Assembly (NCBI GenBank): GCA_043196285.1
Contig: JBBYJL010000001.1
Span: 145 to 64,144 of the forward strand
Length of the DNA stretch: 64,000 nucleotides
Source of the DNA: Thermoplasmataceae archaeon
GTDB lineage: Archaea > Thermoplasmatota > Thermoplasmata > Thermoplasmatales > Thermoplasmataceae
Reading direction: 5' to 3'
Below are positions 19,824-29,634 of this stretch, piece after piece. The first letter of the stretch is position 1, and the number at the start of each line of letters is the position of its first letter. Made by a program: the position numbers and the translations under genes. The notes below the pieces were generated by a model. That model was not told the origin of the DNA. It saw only the letters and a program-made list of their open reading frames with translations, and made no database searches.

Positions 19824-20140
19824 TGGACGATCTTGAGATAGTCAAAAAGATAAAGGAGGCAGAAGAGGCAGCAACGATCGAAACCCTGAAGCTCTCGGAA
19901 AAGTTGAAAGCTGATCTGGAAAATATTGAGAAAACCCTTTCAATCAACCTGAAGGAACAGAGAGAAATACTTGAAAAGGACTATGAAAAATTCATTGAAT
20001 CCCAGATTTCCATTGCTCAGAAAAAAGCAGATGCTGTTATTTCAGAGGCAAGAGAACATGCAGCAAAGCTCAAGCTGAGGATGGACGTGGAAGATCTTTA
20101 CAAAATGATAGACAGTGAGTTAATGCGACTGCTGGAGTAG
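19823..20140 (+). CDS. atpH: A-type ATPase subunit H (peripheral stalk, G-like)
   Basis: About 105 aa of charged coiled coil, MDDLEIVKKIKEAEEAATIE...AQKKADAVISEAREHAAK. The track ORF starts at GTG 19814; I prefer ATG 19823. Confidence 0.6.
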   Translation: MDDLEIVKKIKEAEEAATIETLKLSEKLKADLENIEKTLSINLKEQREILEKDYEKFIESQISIAQKKADAVISEAREHAAKLKLRMDVEDLYKMIDSELMRLLE

Positions 20141-20145
20141 ATAAA

Positions 20146-22077
20146 ATGGTACTGAAGCCTGAAAAGATGATCAGAGTACGAGTCATAAGTACACTTAGCA
20201 AGAAAGATATTGTACTTTCTGTACTTCACGACTTCAATGCAATCCAAATAGAACAGGTTTCAGGAGACATTAAGAATTCGCTGGGAAGACTTCAAGAGGA
20301 GGATTTCCAGAGATCCGTGACGAATGAACTGCAGAGGATCAAAGGACTCGAGAACTCGCTTCCAATGGTTCCCGTCACTGGAAAGAAAGCCTTTTCGTCG
20401 GTGTACGATACCCTGAGAGAAGCCGCGAAAATCAGTATAGACAATGAGGTGAGGATTCTCAAACAGAAGCAGGAAGACCTCATGGCAGACATCAAGGATA
20501 TCAGCATAAGATCCGAAACAGTTGAGTATCTCAGGGGCCTGAACTATGACCTGAGCATCTTCTCAGGTAAAACCACAAAGGCATATGTGATACAGTCGGC
20601 TTTTCTGGAGGATCTAAACCTATTAGTAAAGTCTGAGATAAAAGACGCACTCATAATAAAGAGGCCCAGTGCCCTTCTCGTGGTGATACCCATCAAAGAA
20701 GAGTCAAATCTGGCGAGAATTTCTTCCGAAAACTCCTCTGTTATGAGAATAGTTCCTGAGGCTAGCGGCATGCCGGAGGAATACCTCGCCTCAGTCGCTG
20801 AGATAAGGAAGGAGAGGGAGAAAGAACTTGATGAAATCAATACCTCACTTAAACAAATCTCAGAAAAGTATTACAGCGACATAGTTCAGATAAGGGAGCA
20901 GCTTGAAATAGAGGAAAGCAAGATCGAAGTCTCGGAGAGAATAGGATCAACGGCAGAGGTCTTCGTTCTTGAGGGCTGGGTTCCTAAATCAAGGTATGAG
21001 ATCATGATCAAGACGCTTGATAAAGTGACGTCGGGCAGCATGATCATAAGCGAGGTTGAAACCAAGGACGAACCACCTACAATGTTCAACAACCCACGAA
21101 GGATAAGGGTGTTTGAATTCTTTATCAGGTTTTATTCTCTGCCTCAGGAGTCGGAGTATGATCCAACCCTGATCTTTGCAATAGTATTTCCACTGTTTTT
21201 CGGTCTTATGCTGGGCGATTATGGTTATGGCCTGGTAATCCTTCTGTTCTCCATCCTCATACTCAGGAAGCTTGATGGAAAGGCAAAATGGTTCAGGTTT
21301 CCCAGGAAGCTCTCCAATTTTGTCGTTGTGATACTTGGCAAGGGTCCGCTCAGAACTCTGGCAAAGGCGCTGATACCATCATCGATTATGGCAATAATCT
21401 TCGGGCTCATCTTTGACGAATTTTTCGGGTTTCAACTGTATCATCCACAGCTCTTCAACGTTATAACCTCTCTTTCAAAACTACTGCTCCTCTCCGGTTA
21501 CATAGGACTTTTCATGGTTTCGCTTGGCCTTGTCATGGGGTTCGTCACAGAATACTCGCGCGGTAACCGCAAGGGTGCGTACGGAAAAATCGGCTGGCTT
21601 ATGTTCGCATGGGGAATAGCTGTAACTGGACTTGATCTCATCTACCACAACTTCAACTCTGTAGGGAATTACGCCGCACTCGCGGTGGCAGTTGCCGGTA
21701 TTGGAACTATATTTGTCTTCGAAGGAGTCCTTGGCGCGGTTGAACTCCCATCAATGATAAGCCACATACTTTCATACACGAGGATTGTGGGAATACTCTT
21801 AGCTTCAGTGATACTGGCTTATGTGGTTGATCTGATATTCCTGCAGGACGCCCACTCGTTCCCCATGGTAATAGTTGGTGGGTTCATTCTCGTTCTTGGT
21901 CAGGTTTTCAATCTGGCCATTGCAATTTTCGAGCCCGGAATCCAGGGGGCAAGGCTTATTTATGTGGAATTCTTTTCAAAGTTTTATCACGGAAACGGGA
22001 AGATGTTCCATCCATTCGGAAAGAAGAGAATCTATACAATAAAACAGATGGACATCGAAAATGTGGAAAAGGCATGA
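20146..22077 (+). CDS. atpI: A-type ATPase subunit I (membrane a subunit)
   Basis: 643 aa with a soluble coiled-coil N-terminal half and a polytopic C-terminal half. The latter carries the conserved Arg-containing helix (ISHILSYTRIVGILLAS). Confidence 0.85.
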   Translation: MVLKPEKMIRVRVISTLSKKDIVLSVLHDFNAIQIEQVSGDIKNSLGRLQEEDFQRSVTNELQRIKGLENSLPMVPVTGKKAFSSVYDTLREAAKISIDNEVRILKQKQEDLMADIKDISIRSETVEYLRGLNYDLSIFSGKTTKAYVIQSAFLEDLNLLVKSEIKDALIIKRPSALLVVIPIKEESNLARISSENSSVMRIVPEASGMPEEYLASVAEIRKEREKELDEINTSLKQISEKYYSDIVQIREQLEIEESKIEVSERIGSTAEVFVLEGWVPKSRYEIMIKTLDKVTSGSMIISEVETKDEPPTMFNNPRRIRVFEFFIRFYSLPQESEYDPTLIFAIVFPLFFGLMLGDYGYGLVILLFSILILRKLDGKAKWFRFPRKLSNFVVVILGKGPLRTLAKALIPSSIMAIIFGLIFDEFFGFQLYHPQLFNVITSLSKLLLLSGYIGLFMVSLGLVMGFVTEYSRGNRKGAYGKIGWLMFAWGIAVTGLDLIYHNFNSVGNYAALAVAVAGIGTIFVFEGVLGAVELPSMISHILSYTRIVGILLASVILAYVVDLIFLQDAHSFPMVIVGGFILVLGQVFNLAIAIFEPGIQGARLIYVEFFSKFYHGNGKMFHPFGKKRIYTIKQMDIENVEKA

Positions 22078-22630
22078 ACTTTGAAGCATGGTTAGAACAA
22101 TATCCTGCAGAGATTGGTATTTCAAGAATACATTTCATCGAAACCAGGTGTAAGTATGCAATAGGACGGTGTCAAATCTTACATGATTTGCCCGTCCATG
22201 GAGCTTTGAAACACGAAAGAAAAGCAGAGGCTAGATGGGAGAAATACATGCAGTACAACGGATGTTCCGCAAGTCCGTAGATCTGTAGCTCTACTTTAAA
22301 CAGAGATGAAACCTCCAGTGATCTTAGCTCAAGGACACCAGCCTAACAACCTTCAGATAAACAAAAATGGATTCAAACCACTGGATAAAGAGTAAGAGGT
22401 ATACTTAAGCCGGGTGATACAATCTCAATATAGGAATGAGATTCAGGATATCTGGATAATTCAGTCAAGGAAGATACATATTGAAGGAGAGAAAATAAAA
22501 AGATCGCAGGCGAGAATAATAAAGGGCTGCAGATGTCAGATTAGTCAGCTATTGGGAGACATCATTTGAATAATCAACCAAGATCTGACATCGATCAATA
22601 GAATAAAATAACAAGATTAAATGTTGAATC

Positions 22631-22927
22631 ATGAATTTAATTCTCATACTGGCATTTCTCGTTGTTGCAGTTGGATTTTTCTTTTTTGGCGCGTGGTTCG
22701 GGAGATTCTTCACGCGTTACCCATTTGGCCAGAAATCAGTTACTGGAAAGGAAGGCATGCTCAGCAAGGTTGCAACTGTTGAGAAGAAGGTATCGGATCA
22801 TTATGAAGTCAGAATTGATTCGCAGGTCTGGAGAGCATACTGCGACAAACCCCTCAATGCAGGAGAGAAAGTCGTTGTGACTGATATCAACGGAAACAAG
22901 CTCACCGTAGAGAAGATCAATAACTGA
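22631..22927 (+). CDS. NfeD-like small membrane protein (OB-fold C-terminus)
   Basis: 98 aa with an N-terminal TM helix, then GKEGMLSKVATVEKKVSDHYEVRIDSQVWRAYCDKPLNAGEKVVVTDINGNKLTV, which resembles the NfeD C-terminal beta-barrel. Confidence 0.55.
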   Translation: MNLILILAFLVVAVGFFFFGAWFGRFFTRYPFGQKSVTGKEGMLSKVATVEKKVSDHYEVRIDSQVWRAYCDKPLNAGEKVVVTDINGNKLTVEKINN

Positions 22928-23013
22928 GGCACTTTGAATCACAGAGCAGTCCGCTAAACAGATATAAAATAAGATTTTACACATCTTTATAGATCATATT
23001 GTGATTATATATT

Positions 23014-23937
23014 ATGGGAAATAGAATTGTATTGATAGGCTCGACCGGCCTGATTGGGAGATCGCTGGCCAGATTCCTTTCGGCACAGGACAACGAAGTG
23101 ACATCGGTTTCAAGAGATCCGGAGAAGGCTCAGAGAATGGTCCCGGGACTCCGGTCATATGAGAAACTCAGAATAGACCCTGAGGAGATAAGGAATATTG
23201 CTGAAGGGTCATACGCCGTTATAAACATGTCTGGTTCTTCGGCGTTCGAGAAATATCCAGATTATGATCGTATAGTAAGGGAAAGCAGGGTAGACCTGAC
23301 AGAGGTTATATCCACCGGGATCTCTCTTTGTGAAAGGAAGCCCGAAGTTTTCATTAATTCGAGTGCGAGTGGGTATTACGGCCCGGGAGGGCCGGAAGAG
23401 ACATACAACGAAGACTCACCAGGAGGAAGCGATTACTGGGGAAATCTGGTCAAGGAATGGGAAGCAGCAACAAAGAAGGCAGAGGATGCAGGTATAAGGA
23501 CAGTGAAGGTGAGAACAGGAGTCATCCTTTCAAGGGAGGGGGGTGCTCTTTCGCAGCTAGTTCCGGTTTTCAGAAAACATCTTGGAGGCTACATCAAGCC
23601 AGGCAACCAGTTCTTCTCGTGGATTCACATCGATGACGAAGTGGGCATCATTCATTTCTCCATGCAGAACAGAGATGTATCCGGTGCTGTAAACGCGGTC
23701 TCTCCTGGTTATGTCACCTCAAGGGAATTCTTCAGCGCAATTGGAAAGGTCATGGGAAGAAAAGCCTCTATAGGAATACCTGAATTCATTCTCAAGGCCA
23801 GAGTGGGAAAGGCCTTTGGTCTTCTCGCTTCTGGTGCCAAGATTGTACCTGAAAAAGTTCTCAAGAATGGTTATCAGTTTAAATACACGAACATTGATAA
23901 AGCACTTGCTGACATTATTCCAAGGATGATAGGTTAA
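23014..23937 (+). CDS. SDR-family epimerase-like protein (TIGR01777/YfcH type, with a DUF1731-like C-terminus)
   Basis: 307 aa with a Rossmann motif IVLIGSTGLIGRSL and an overall layout like the YfcH family. Confidence 0.7.
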   Translation: MGNRIVLIGSTGLIGRSLARFLSAQDNEVTSVSRDPEKAQRMVPGLRSYEKLRIDPEEIRNIAEGSYAVINMSGSSAFEKYPDYDRIVRESRVDLTEVISTGISLCERKPEVFINSSASGYYGPGGPEETYNEDSPGGSDYWGNLVKEWEAATKKAEDAGIRTVKVRTGVILSREGGALSQLVPVFRKHLGGYIKPGNQFFSWIHIDDEVGIIHFSMQNRDVSGAVNAVSPGYVTSREFFSAIGKVMGRKASIGIPEFILKARVGKAFGLLASGAKIVPEKVLKNGYQFKYTNIDKALADIIPRMIG

Positions 23938-23938
23938 G

Positions 23939-24358
23939 ATGACAGATTCATACAGGAAGATACAGGCAGTGGTGATAAGAGAGAGGAACAAAGGGGAAAT
24001 CCTTCTTGTACACTATATACCACCAAAATCCTACTGGGAAACAATAACGGGTAACATCAACGAGCATGAAACAATGGAGGAAGGACTTGAAAGGGAGCTT
24101 CTCGAGGAGATATCTCTTCGGAAAGATCAAATAATAAAAACATCACATCTGTCATCGTTTAGCTTTGGAAAGAATGGAAGACAATATGTGGAAGATATAT
24201 TCCAGGTTGTAGTCAACGACGAGTTCATACCGGATATTTCCCACAACCCTGACGGAGAACACAATGGGTACGGATGGTTCTCGCCTGATAAAGCTATGGC
24301 ACTCGTACCATGGCAGAACATGAAGGGGGCTATCGAAGAAGCTCTGAAAAGAGCTTAA
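23939..24358 (+). CDS. NUDIX hydrolase
   Basis: 139 aa with the Nudix box GNINEHETMEEGLERELLEEISL (G-x5-E-x7-REUxEExGU pattern). Confidence 0.85.
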   Translation: MTDSYRKIQAVVIRERNKGEILLVHYIPPKSYWETITGNINEHETMEEGLERELLEEISLRKDQIIKTSHLSSFSFGKNGRQYVEDIFQVVVNDEFIPDISHNPDGEHNGYGWFSPDKAMALVPWQNMKGAIEEALKRA

Positions 24359-25026
24359 ATCAGGAGCCATTCCTGATCCAATGGGAACCTTATGAAATTT
24401 ACAAGCAATTCTGTTCTCTTGAAGGTGTCAGATCTGAAAACAACAGGCTTGCCGGATGAAAGGTGCATAATCCATCCGTGATCAGCTTTCAGCGAATACA
24501 GGCTTCTCCTGAGCATGTACCTGATCATCTCACAATCCTCTTCTCCTCCATACACGCTCACATTCACCACAAAGGAATACCCAAGGCTTTTTACAAGGCT
24601 CCCACTTCCTGATCTCAATACAACTTCATAAGCCACCTTGATTGATCGAACGATTTTTGGAGCCAAAATCACCCTGGATATGAATTCAGGATCAAAAAAG
24701 TCCCTGTTTTTTCTGTTTCTGCGTCCATTTATCAAGGTGAATTCGCGATTTCCTGGCTTTATATCAGGATCAGCATCCTCAAGATAACATGGATAGATGG
24801 TGGCAAAAAAGAGGGAAATGCGTTTCAGAGACTCCTCATGGTTGCTCCCAACGTAGAATTCGGTAGAATTAGGGTCTGAAACTGCAAGGAAACGATTTTC
24901 CTCCTCGGGAAGCGGAGTGAGAAAATAGGAAAATCTCCTGTACATTGTGAGGTCAGTCCTCAGATCAGGTTTAGAGAAGACTATGTGCTTCCATTTTATG
25001 TATTCCATTGGTCTATATGTCAACAA
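24355..25026 (-). CDS. Hypothetical protein with no motif I can recognise
   Basis: 223-aa ORF that fills the gap exactly between convergent and divergent neighbours. Its composition resembles the surrounding genes. Confidence 0.55.
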   Translation of the reverse strand: MLTYRPMEYIKWKHIVFSKPDLRTDLTMYRRFSYFLTPLPEEENRFLAVSDPNSTEFYVGSNHEESLKRISLFFATIYPCYLEDADPDIKPGNREFTLINGRRNRKNRDFFDPEFISRVILAPKIVRSIKVAYEVVLRSGSGSLVKSLGYSFVVNVSVYGGEEDCEMIRYMLRRSLYSLKADHGWIMHLSSGKPVVFRSDTFKRTELLVNFIRFPLDQEWLLI

Positions 25027-25054
25027 TTAATAACTCTGTTTCGGATAATGAGGA

Positions 25055-26905
25055 ATGGAATCTCAGGCGAAGTTCGAAAACGAACTGAATCAATTTCTCG
25101 CACTCAGGTCAATGAGCATATTTGATGTTGACAGAGAGGGGAACTTGTTGGCGTACGCTGTCAGTGACACATTCAGGCAAAAAAATGATTCCGGATTTGA
25201 TCTCATGATTGTAGACCTTAAGAGGAATGAAACCCTGCGAAGTGATCATTTTCCCAAGTCCACTGCAACAAGAATTTCATTTGATGAAGAGGGAAAGAAA
25301 TTAGCACTGCTCTTCACTTCGGGAAAGAAAAGTTACATCTATATCTACTTCGCAAACTCCACGATGCCGGAGAAGATCATGTTCACTGATCTGGTATTCG
25401 AGATGCGTTGGAAAGGGTCGGATATGATACTGGTGATACAGGATTCAGTCGATGAGGCGGAAAAAAAGAAGATCGACGAGGGGTATGATGAAACAAGATT
25501 CGAAGAAAATCCCAGGTTCAGATCCATATGGAAATATTCTCCAGGAAATGGATTTTCAAGGATATCCTCTGGCATTCAGACCTGGGAGATCGATGTCTGC
25601 GGAGATATGGTAGCAGCCGTTGATTCTGATCTGCCGTATGAAAGTTCATGGTTTTCAAATCGTCTTGATCTGTACAACCTGAAAGATGGAACTCAAAAAA
25701 CAATATTCCAGGACAATCAGGTACAGGTATCCAGTCCGAAGTTTGATTCATATGGGAAACAGATAGCGTTCATATCCGGAATATGGAGCGACAGGGGGGT
25801 CATTGGCGGCGATCTTGTTCTAATGGATTTGCAATCGGGCAAACTAAAGATCTTCAATGAAAGCAAAGACCGGTCATTTTCCTCAGTTTCCAGAGCAGGA
25901 TCATATATGTACGCGGCTGCACGAAAGGAAGAACTCTCCCAGATATTCAGGATCGATAACGGATCTTTGACGCTTTTATGGGAGCTGGAGGGAAGCCTGC
26001 TCCCGGGCTATTGTCCAACAATATGTCCTTCAGAAAAGGGAATCTATGCAGGGTTTACATCATGGGAATATCCATACGAAATTTACATTATAAACGAGGG
26101 AAAGAAACCGGTTCCAGTTACCGCAGTAAATGCTGTCGTGGAGAGGAAAACATTCAACGGAAGGGGAAGGAGGATAAGCTGGAAATCATCCGATGGCACA
26201 CAGATCTATGGTTATCTCATGCAGAATGATCCAGGGAACCCACTCATAGTGGAGGTGCATGGAGGGCCAACTGCATGCTATTTCCAGCAGTTTGTAAGCT
26301 ATTCATCCATCTACTTGAGCGCAGGATTTAGTGTCTTTGCGCCCAATTACAGAGGCAGTACTGGAAAAGGAAGAGCATATGCAGGGCTTAATCATGGGGA
26401 CATGGGCGGTGGAGATTTTCAGGACATAATGGAGGGAATAAAATACCTGAAAGATCAGGGACTTGTGCAGACTGACAGAATATATATTACAGGTGGATCG
26501 TACGGGGGATTCATGACCGCGTGGGCCATGACCCAGAGTAACATATTCAAAGCCGGATCTGCACTTTTCGGCATATCGGACTGGATAAGCTTTCATGGCA
26601 CATCCAATGTTCCAGCCTGGGATAGGAAGTACTATCAGGAAGATCCCTACACGTACAACAAGTACGTGAAATTTTCCCCAATTCGTTATGTGGACAATGT
26701 TACAGCTCCAGTTCTGCTCATACACGGAAGAGAGGACCCGGAAGTGCCTATCGGTCAGTTCATTCAGTTCTACAGGGCTCTGAAGGATAAAGGCAAGGAT
26801 GTAAGGCTGATCTCATTTCCGCGCGAGGGACATGGCATCCTTGAGAGGAAGCATAAGGAGACTGAGATAAGGGAAACAGTCGGACATTTCATGGCACACT
26901 CATGA
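25055..26905 (+). CDS. S9 family serine peptidase (acylaminoacyl-peptidase / prolyl oligopeptidase type)
   Basis: 616 aa with a beta-propeller-like N-terminal half. The C-terminal hydrolase domain has the nucleophile motif GGSYGGFMT, then HGREDPEVP and the His in REGHGI. Confidence 0.85.
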   Translation: MESQAKFENELNQFLALRSMSIFDVDREGNLLAYAVSDTFRQKNDSGFDLMIVDLKRNETLRSDHFPKSTATRISFDEEGKKLALLFTSGKKSYIYIYFANSTMPEKIMFTDLVFEMRWKGSDMILVIQDSVDEAEKKKIDEGYDETRFEENPRFRSIWKYSPGNGFSRISSGIQTWEIDVCGDMVAAVDSDLPYESSWFSNRLDLYNLKDGTQKTIFQDNQVQVSSPKFDSYGKQIAFISGIWSDRGVIGGDLVLMDLQSGKLKIFNESKDRSFSSVSRAGSYMYAAARKEELSQIFRIDNGSLTLLWELEGSLLPGYCPTICPSEKGIYAGFTSWEYPYEIYIINEGKKPVPVTAVNAVVERKTFNGRGRRISWKSSDGTQIYGYLMQNDPGNPLIVEVHGGPTACYFQQFVSYSSIYLSAGFSVFAPNYRGSTGKGRAYAGLNHGDMGGGDFQDIMEGIKYLKDQGLVQTDRIYITGGSYGGFMTAWAMTQSNIFKAGSALFGISDWISFHGTSNVPAWDRKYYQEDPYTYNKYVKFSPIRYVDNVTAPVLLIHGREDPEVPIGQFIQFYRALKDKGKDVRLISFPREGHGILERKHKETEIRETVGHFMAHS

Positions 26906-27874
26906 AAGTCTTGCAGTCTCCCCTGTAAGAGATGATGAAATTGAGGATTCAACAATCCTCACGACCTCATGTCCGTCCCAGCCAGTGGCGATGTTGCTCT
27001 TCTTCCCTGATACAAAACTGACAAAGTCTTTCACCTCATCCACATAAGGGCTACCGCCCCTGAAGCTCTTTATCAATTTCCCGGATTCCACAATTTTTCC
27101 CCTGATCTCGGTGCCGAATATCCCCTGGCCCTCAAGGGTGGAATCCTCGCCAAATATGTAGAGGCTGTTGTCGGGAGACAAAATCTTTCTCGAGGACAGA
27201 ACGCTCACAATCTTTCCGCCATAATTAAGCACCAGGTGCGAAGTTGAGTCAATGATCTCCCTTTCAGGAAGCCTTGTCGCATGCACTGTATCAGGACGTG
27301 ACGAGAGAACGTAATTCATAGTATCTATCACGTGAACGCCGGTTCCCATTACCGATCCACCGCCCACCATCTCGGGCGTTTCCCACCACAACCTGTCTGG
27401 ATCTGTATGGCGGGATGAATATGATGAAGACCATCCTCCAGAAATGAAGGTTATGTCCCCGAGTTTCTCAGACTTCAATATTTCTTTTACAATTCCCAGA
27501 GCAGGATGGAACCTCATATGGAATCCTATAGCAAGTTTCAGGCCTAGTCTTTCGGATAAATTGCACAGTTCCAGAGAATCTTTGCTGTTAAGAGTCATCG
27601 GTTTTTCCAGAAGCACATTCTTTCCGGATTCAAGAGATCGTCTGGCATGATCGAAATGAAGCGAATTGGGTGATGCAATGTAAACAGAATCGATATCAGA
27701 TCGGAGAAGTTCATTCATGTCATCGTAATATCTTGATTTGTAGAGGTCTGCGATTCTCTTTCCCTTTTCATGGTTTCTCGAAAAGACTGATGCAATAATG
27801 TTCCCACTTTTGCTGATTGCAGGCATGACCCTGTTGATAGAATGGTTCCCAAGACCTATGATACCAAACCTCAT
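26900..27874 (-). CDS. Gfo/Idh/MocA family oxidoreductase
   Basis: 324 aa with Rossmann motif MRFGIIGLGNHS and the family EKP motif (VLLEKPMTL). Confidence 0.85.
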   Translation of the reverse strand: MRFGIIGLGNHSINRVMPAISKSGNIIASVFSRNHEKGKRIADLYKSRYYDDMNELLRSDIDSVYIASPNSLHFDHARRSLESGKNVLLEKPMTLNSKDSLELCNLSERLGLKLAIGFHMRFHPALGIVKEILKSEKLGDITFISGGWSSSYSSRHTDPDRLWWETPEMVGGGSVMGTGVHVIDTMNYVLSSRPDTVHATRLPEREIIDSTSHLVLNYGGKIVSVLSSRKILSPDNSLYIFGEDSTLEGQGIFGTEIRGKIVESGKLIKSFRGGSPYVDEVKDFVSFVSGKKSNIATGWDGHEVVRIVESSISSSLTGETARLS

Positions 27875-27969
27875 GAATGGCAGATCAGATAATGCTTTTT
27901 AATCTTGTTCAAAAATCCTGGACCCCATGCTTCAAAAGTTCAAAATACAGATTCCGAAATACCCGTTCA

Positions 27970-29205
27970 ATGGGTGAAGAGATAAATTTACATCCAACAT
28001 ATAAGGATATACTTGATGCAGCGAAGATTCTGGACGGGCTCATAAACCTGACACCTGTGGATCTGTCCAGAAGTTTCAGCGAACAATTTGGCTGCAAGAC
28101 TTATTTCAAGATGGAAAATATGCAGAAAACCGGATCTTTCAAGGCCAGGGGCGCCATAGTGAAGTTGAGTCACCTCACCGACGATGAGAGAGCCAGAGGG
28201 GTGATAACCGCGAGCGCGGGAAACCATGCGCAGGGGGTTGCCTATGCTGCCAAGATGATCAACGTGAAGGCAAAGATCGTTATGCCAGAGTACACCACTC
28301 CTGCGAAGATAAACGCCGTAGAGGGTTATGGGGCAGAGATCATGCTTCATGGGAAGGACTACAACGAAGCCAGGGAGTACTGTCTTGATCTTGCCAGGAA
28401 GGAGGGAATGACATTTATAGACGGGTTCAACGATAGATGGATAATTGCAGGTCAGGGGACAATAGGAAAGGAGATCATGGATCAGGTGCCAGATGCAGAC
28501 ATGATCATAGTTCCGGTCGGAGGAGGAGGCCTCATATCTGGCATTGCAATTGCTGCAAAGAACATCAAACCATCAGTCAAGATAATAGGAGTACAATCTG
28601 AGAAAGTGGACTCCATGAAGAGATCAGTGGAAGAAGGGAGGATTGTATCCAGCGTAACTGGCGACACCATCGCGGATGGGATAGCAATCAGGTTTCCTGG
28701 AAACATCACCTTTGACATAGTGAAAAAATATGTTGATCAGATAGTAACAGTCAGTGACGAATCTATTGCCACTGCACTGTTCAAGATGCTGGAGAGAAAC
28801 AAGACACTGGTTGAACCTGCCGGGGCCAGCGGTCTTGCAGCTCTCCTAGAAAAGAAGGTGGACGTCACTGGGAAAAATGTAGTGCTGGTCCTTTCTGGAG
28901 GCAACATAAACCTTCTTCTTCTGTCGAAGATAATATTCAAGTCAATGCACAGGGAGTGGGATCTGGTCAGGATAGATTTCAAGATACCGGACAGACCAGG
29001 AACTCTGTACCGAATCGCTTCACTTATTTCTGAGGCTGGCGGGAACATCTATCATGCAGAGGTCGACAATCTGAACGAGGACACTCCTGTGGGATACCAG
29101 TCGGTTACATTCACAGTGAATGTGAGAGGAAAGGAGCATGCAGACAGATTAACGGAAAAGCTGAAGACCCTTGGGTACAAGTTCACGGTCCTGAAGTCGA
29201 ACTGA
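27970..29205 (+). CDS. ilvA: Threonine ammonia-lyase (threonine dehydratase) with a C-terminal ACT-like domain
   Basis: PLP-lysine motif TGSFKARGA, then SAGNHAQGVA and GGGGLISG. The track ORF starts at 27877; I prefer ATG 27970 (MGEEINLHPTYKDILDA). Confidence 0.85.
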   Translation: MGEEINLHPTYKDILDAAKILDGLINLTPVDLSRSFSEQFGCKTYFKMENMQKTGSFKARGAIVKLSHLTDDERARGVITASAGNHAQGVAYAAKMINVKAKIVMPEYTTPAKINAVEGYGAEIMLHGKDYNEAREYCLDLARKEGMTFIDGFNDRWIIAGQGTIGKEIMDQVPDADMIIVPVGGGGLISGIAIAAKNIKPSVKIIGVQSEKVDSMKRSVEEGRIVSSVTGDTIADGIAIRFPGNITFDIVKKYVDQIVTVSDESIATALFKMLERNKTLVEPAGASGLAALLEKKVDVTGKNVVLVLSGGNINLLLLSKIIFKSMHREWDLVRIDFKIPDRPGTLYRIASLISEAGGNIYHAEVDNLNEDTPVGYQSVTFTVNVRGKEHADRLTEKLKTLGYKFTVLKSN

Positions 29206-29207
29206 GC

Positions 29208-29501
29208 TCACCTGATCTGGAAGCCCTCATAAAGTGTCCATGGAATACCCCTGACAGAAATGTTTTCGACAACTGCCCTTGGGACACCTGTTCTGCAGAA
29301 ATCAATGACCTGTTTAACCGCGCTCTCCTTACCGTAGAATTCTGCCTCCACAGATCCGTCAGGCAGGTTTCTTATCCAGCCCTGAACATTAACGCCAAGG
29401 CAGTAATCTCTCACTATTCTCCTGAAATTTACCCCCTGCACAACGCCGAAGACCAATACATGGATACCATAACGTGGATTATCATCGTTCATGCTTCGCA
29501 T
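29208..29501 (-). CDS. acyP: Acylphosphatase
   Basis: Signatures VFGVVQGVNFR and GWIRNLPDGSVE. The track ORF is extended to 29594; an internal ATG (29501 or 29492) gives the usual length of about 95 aa. Confidence 0.8.
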   Translation of the reverse strand: MRSMNDDNPRYGIHVLVFGVVQGVNFRRIVRDYCLGVNVQGWIRNLPDGSVEAEFYGKESAVKQVIDFCRTGVPRAVVENISVRGIPWTLYEGFQIR

Positions 29502-29634
29502 GATGCCATGTGATTTGAAAAACTTCATGTACTGTACCAATCCAGCAAATTTGTAGCTTGAAGTCCAGAAATGGCTATATGGACAGGGCAACATGAGACC
29601 ATCATGATAAATAATTCCATAATATCCATATTCA

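Noticed and set aside
22074-22280. A 68-aa ORF whose ATG overlaps the atpI stop (ATGA).
   Set aside because: The sequence MNFEAWLEQYPAEIGISRIHF... has no recognisable features and no hydrophobic segment, and nothing follows it. The overlap alone is not enough evidence, so I left it uncalled. It is mentioned under the 22078-22630 finding.
27877-27969. N-terminally extended track ORFs for several genes: ilvA (27877), acyP (to 29594), UPF0179 (31538), nac (33283), the ThiS-like gene (to 35291), ftsZ (to 42172), metG (to 56433) and udg (58738).
   Set aside because: In each case the family-typical N-terminus begins at an internal ATG. The extension either overlaps the neighbouring gene or tRNA or has no similarity, so I used the internal starts and labelled them as preferences.
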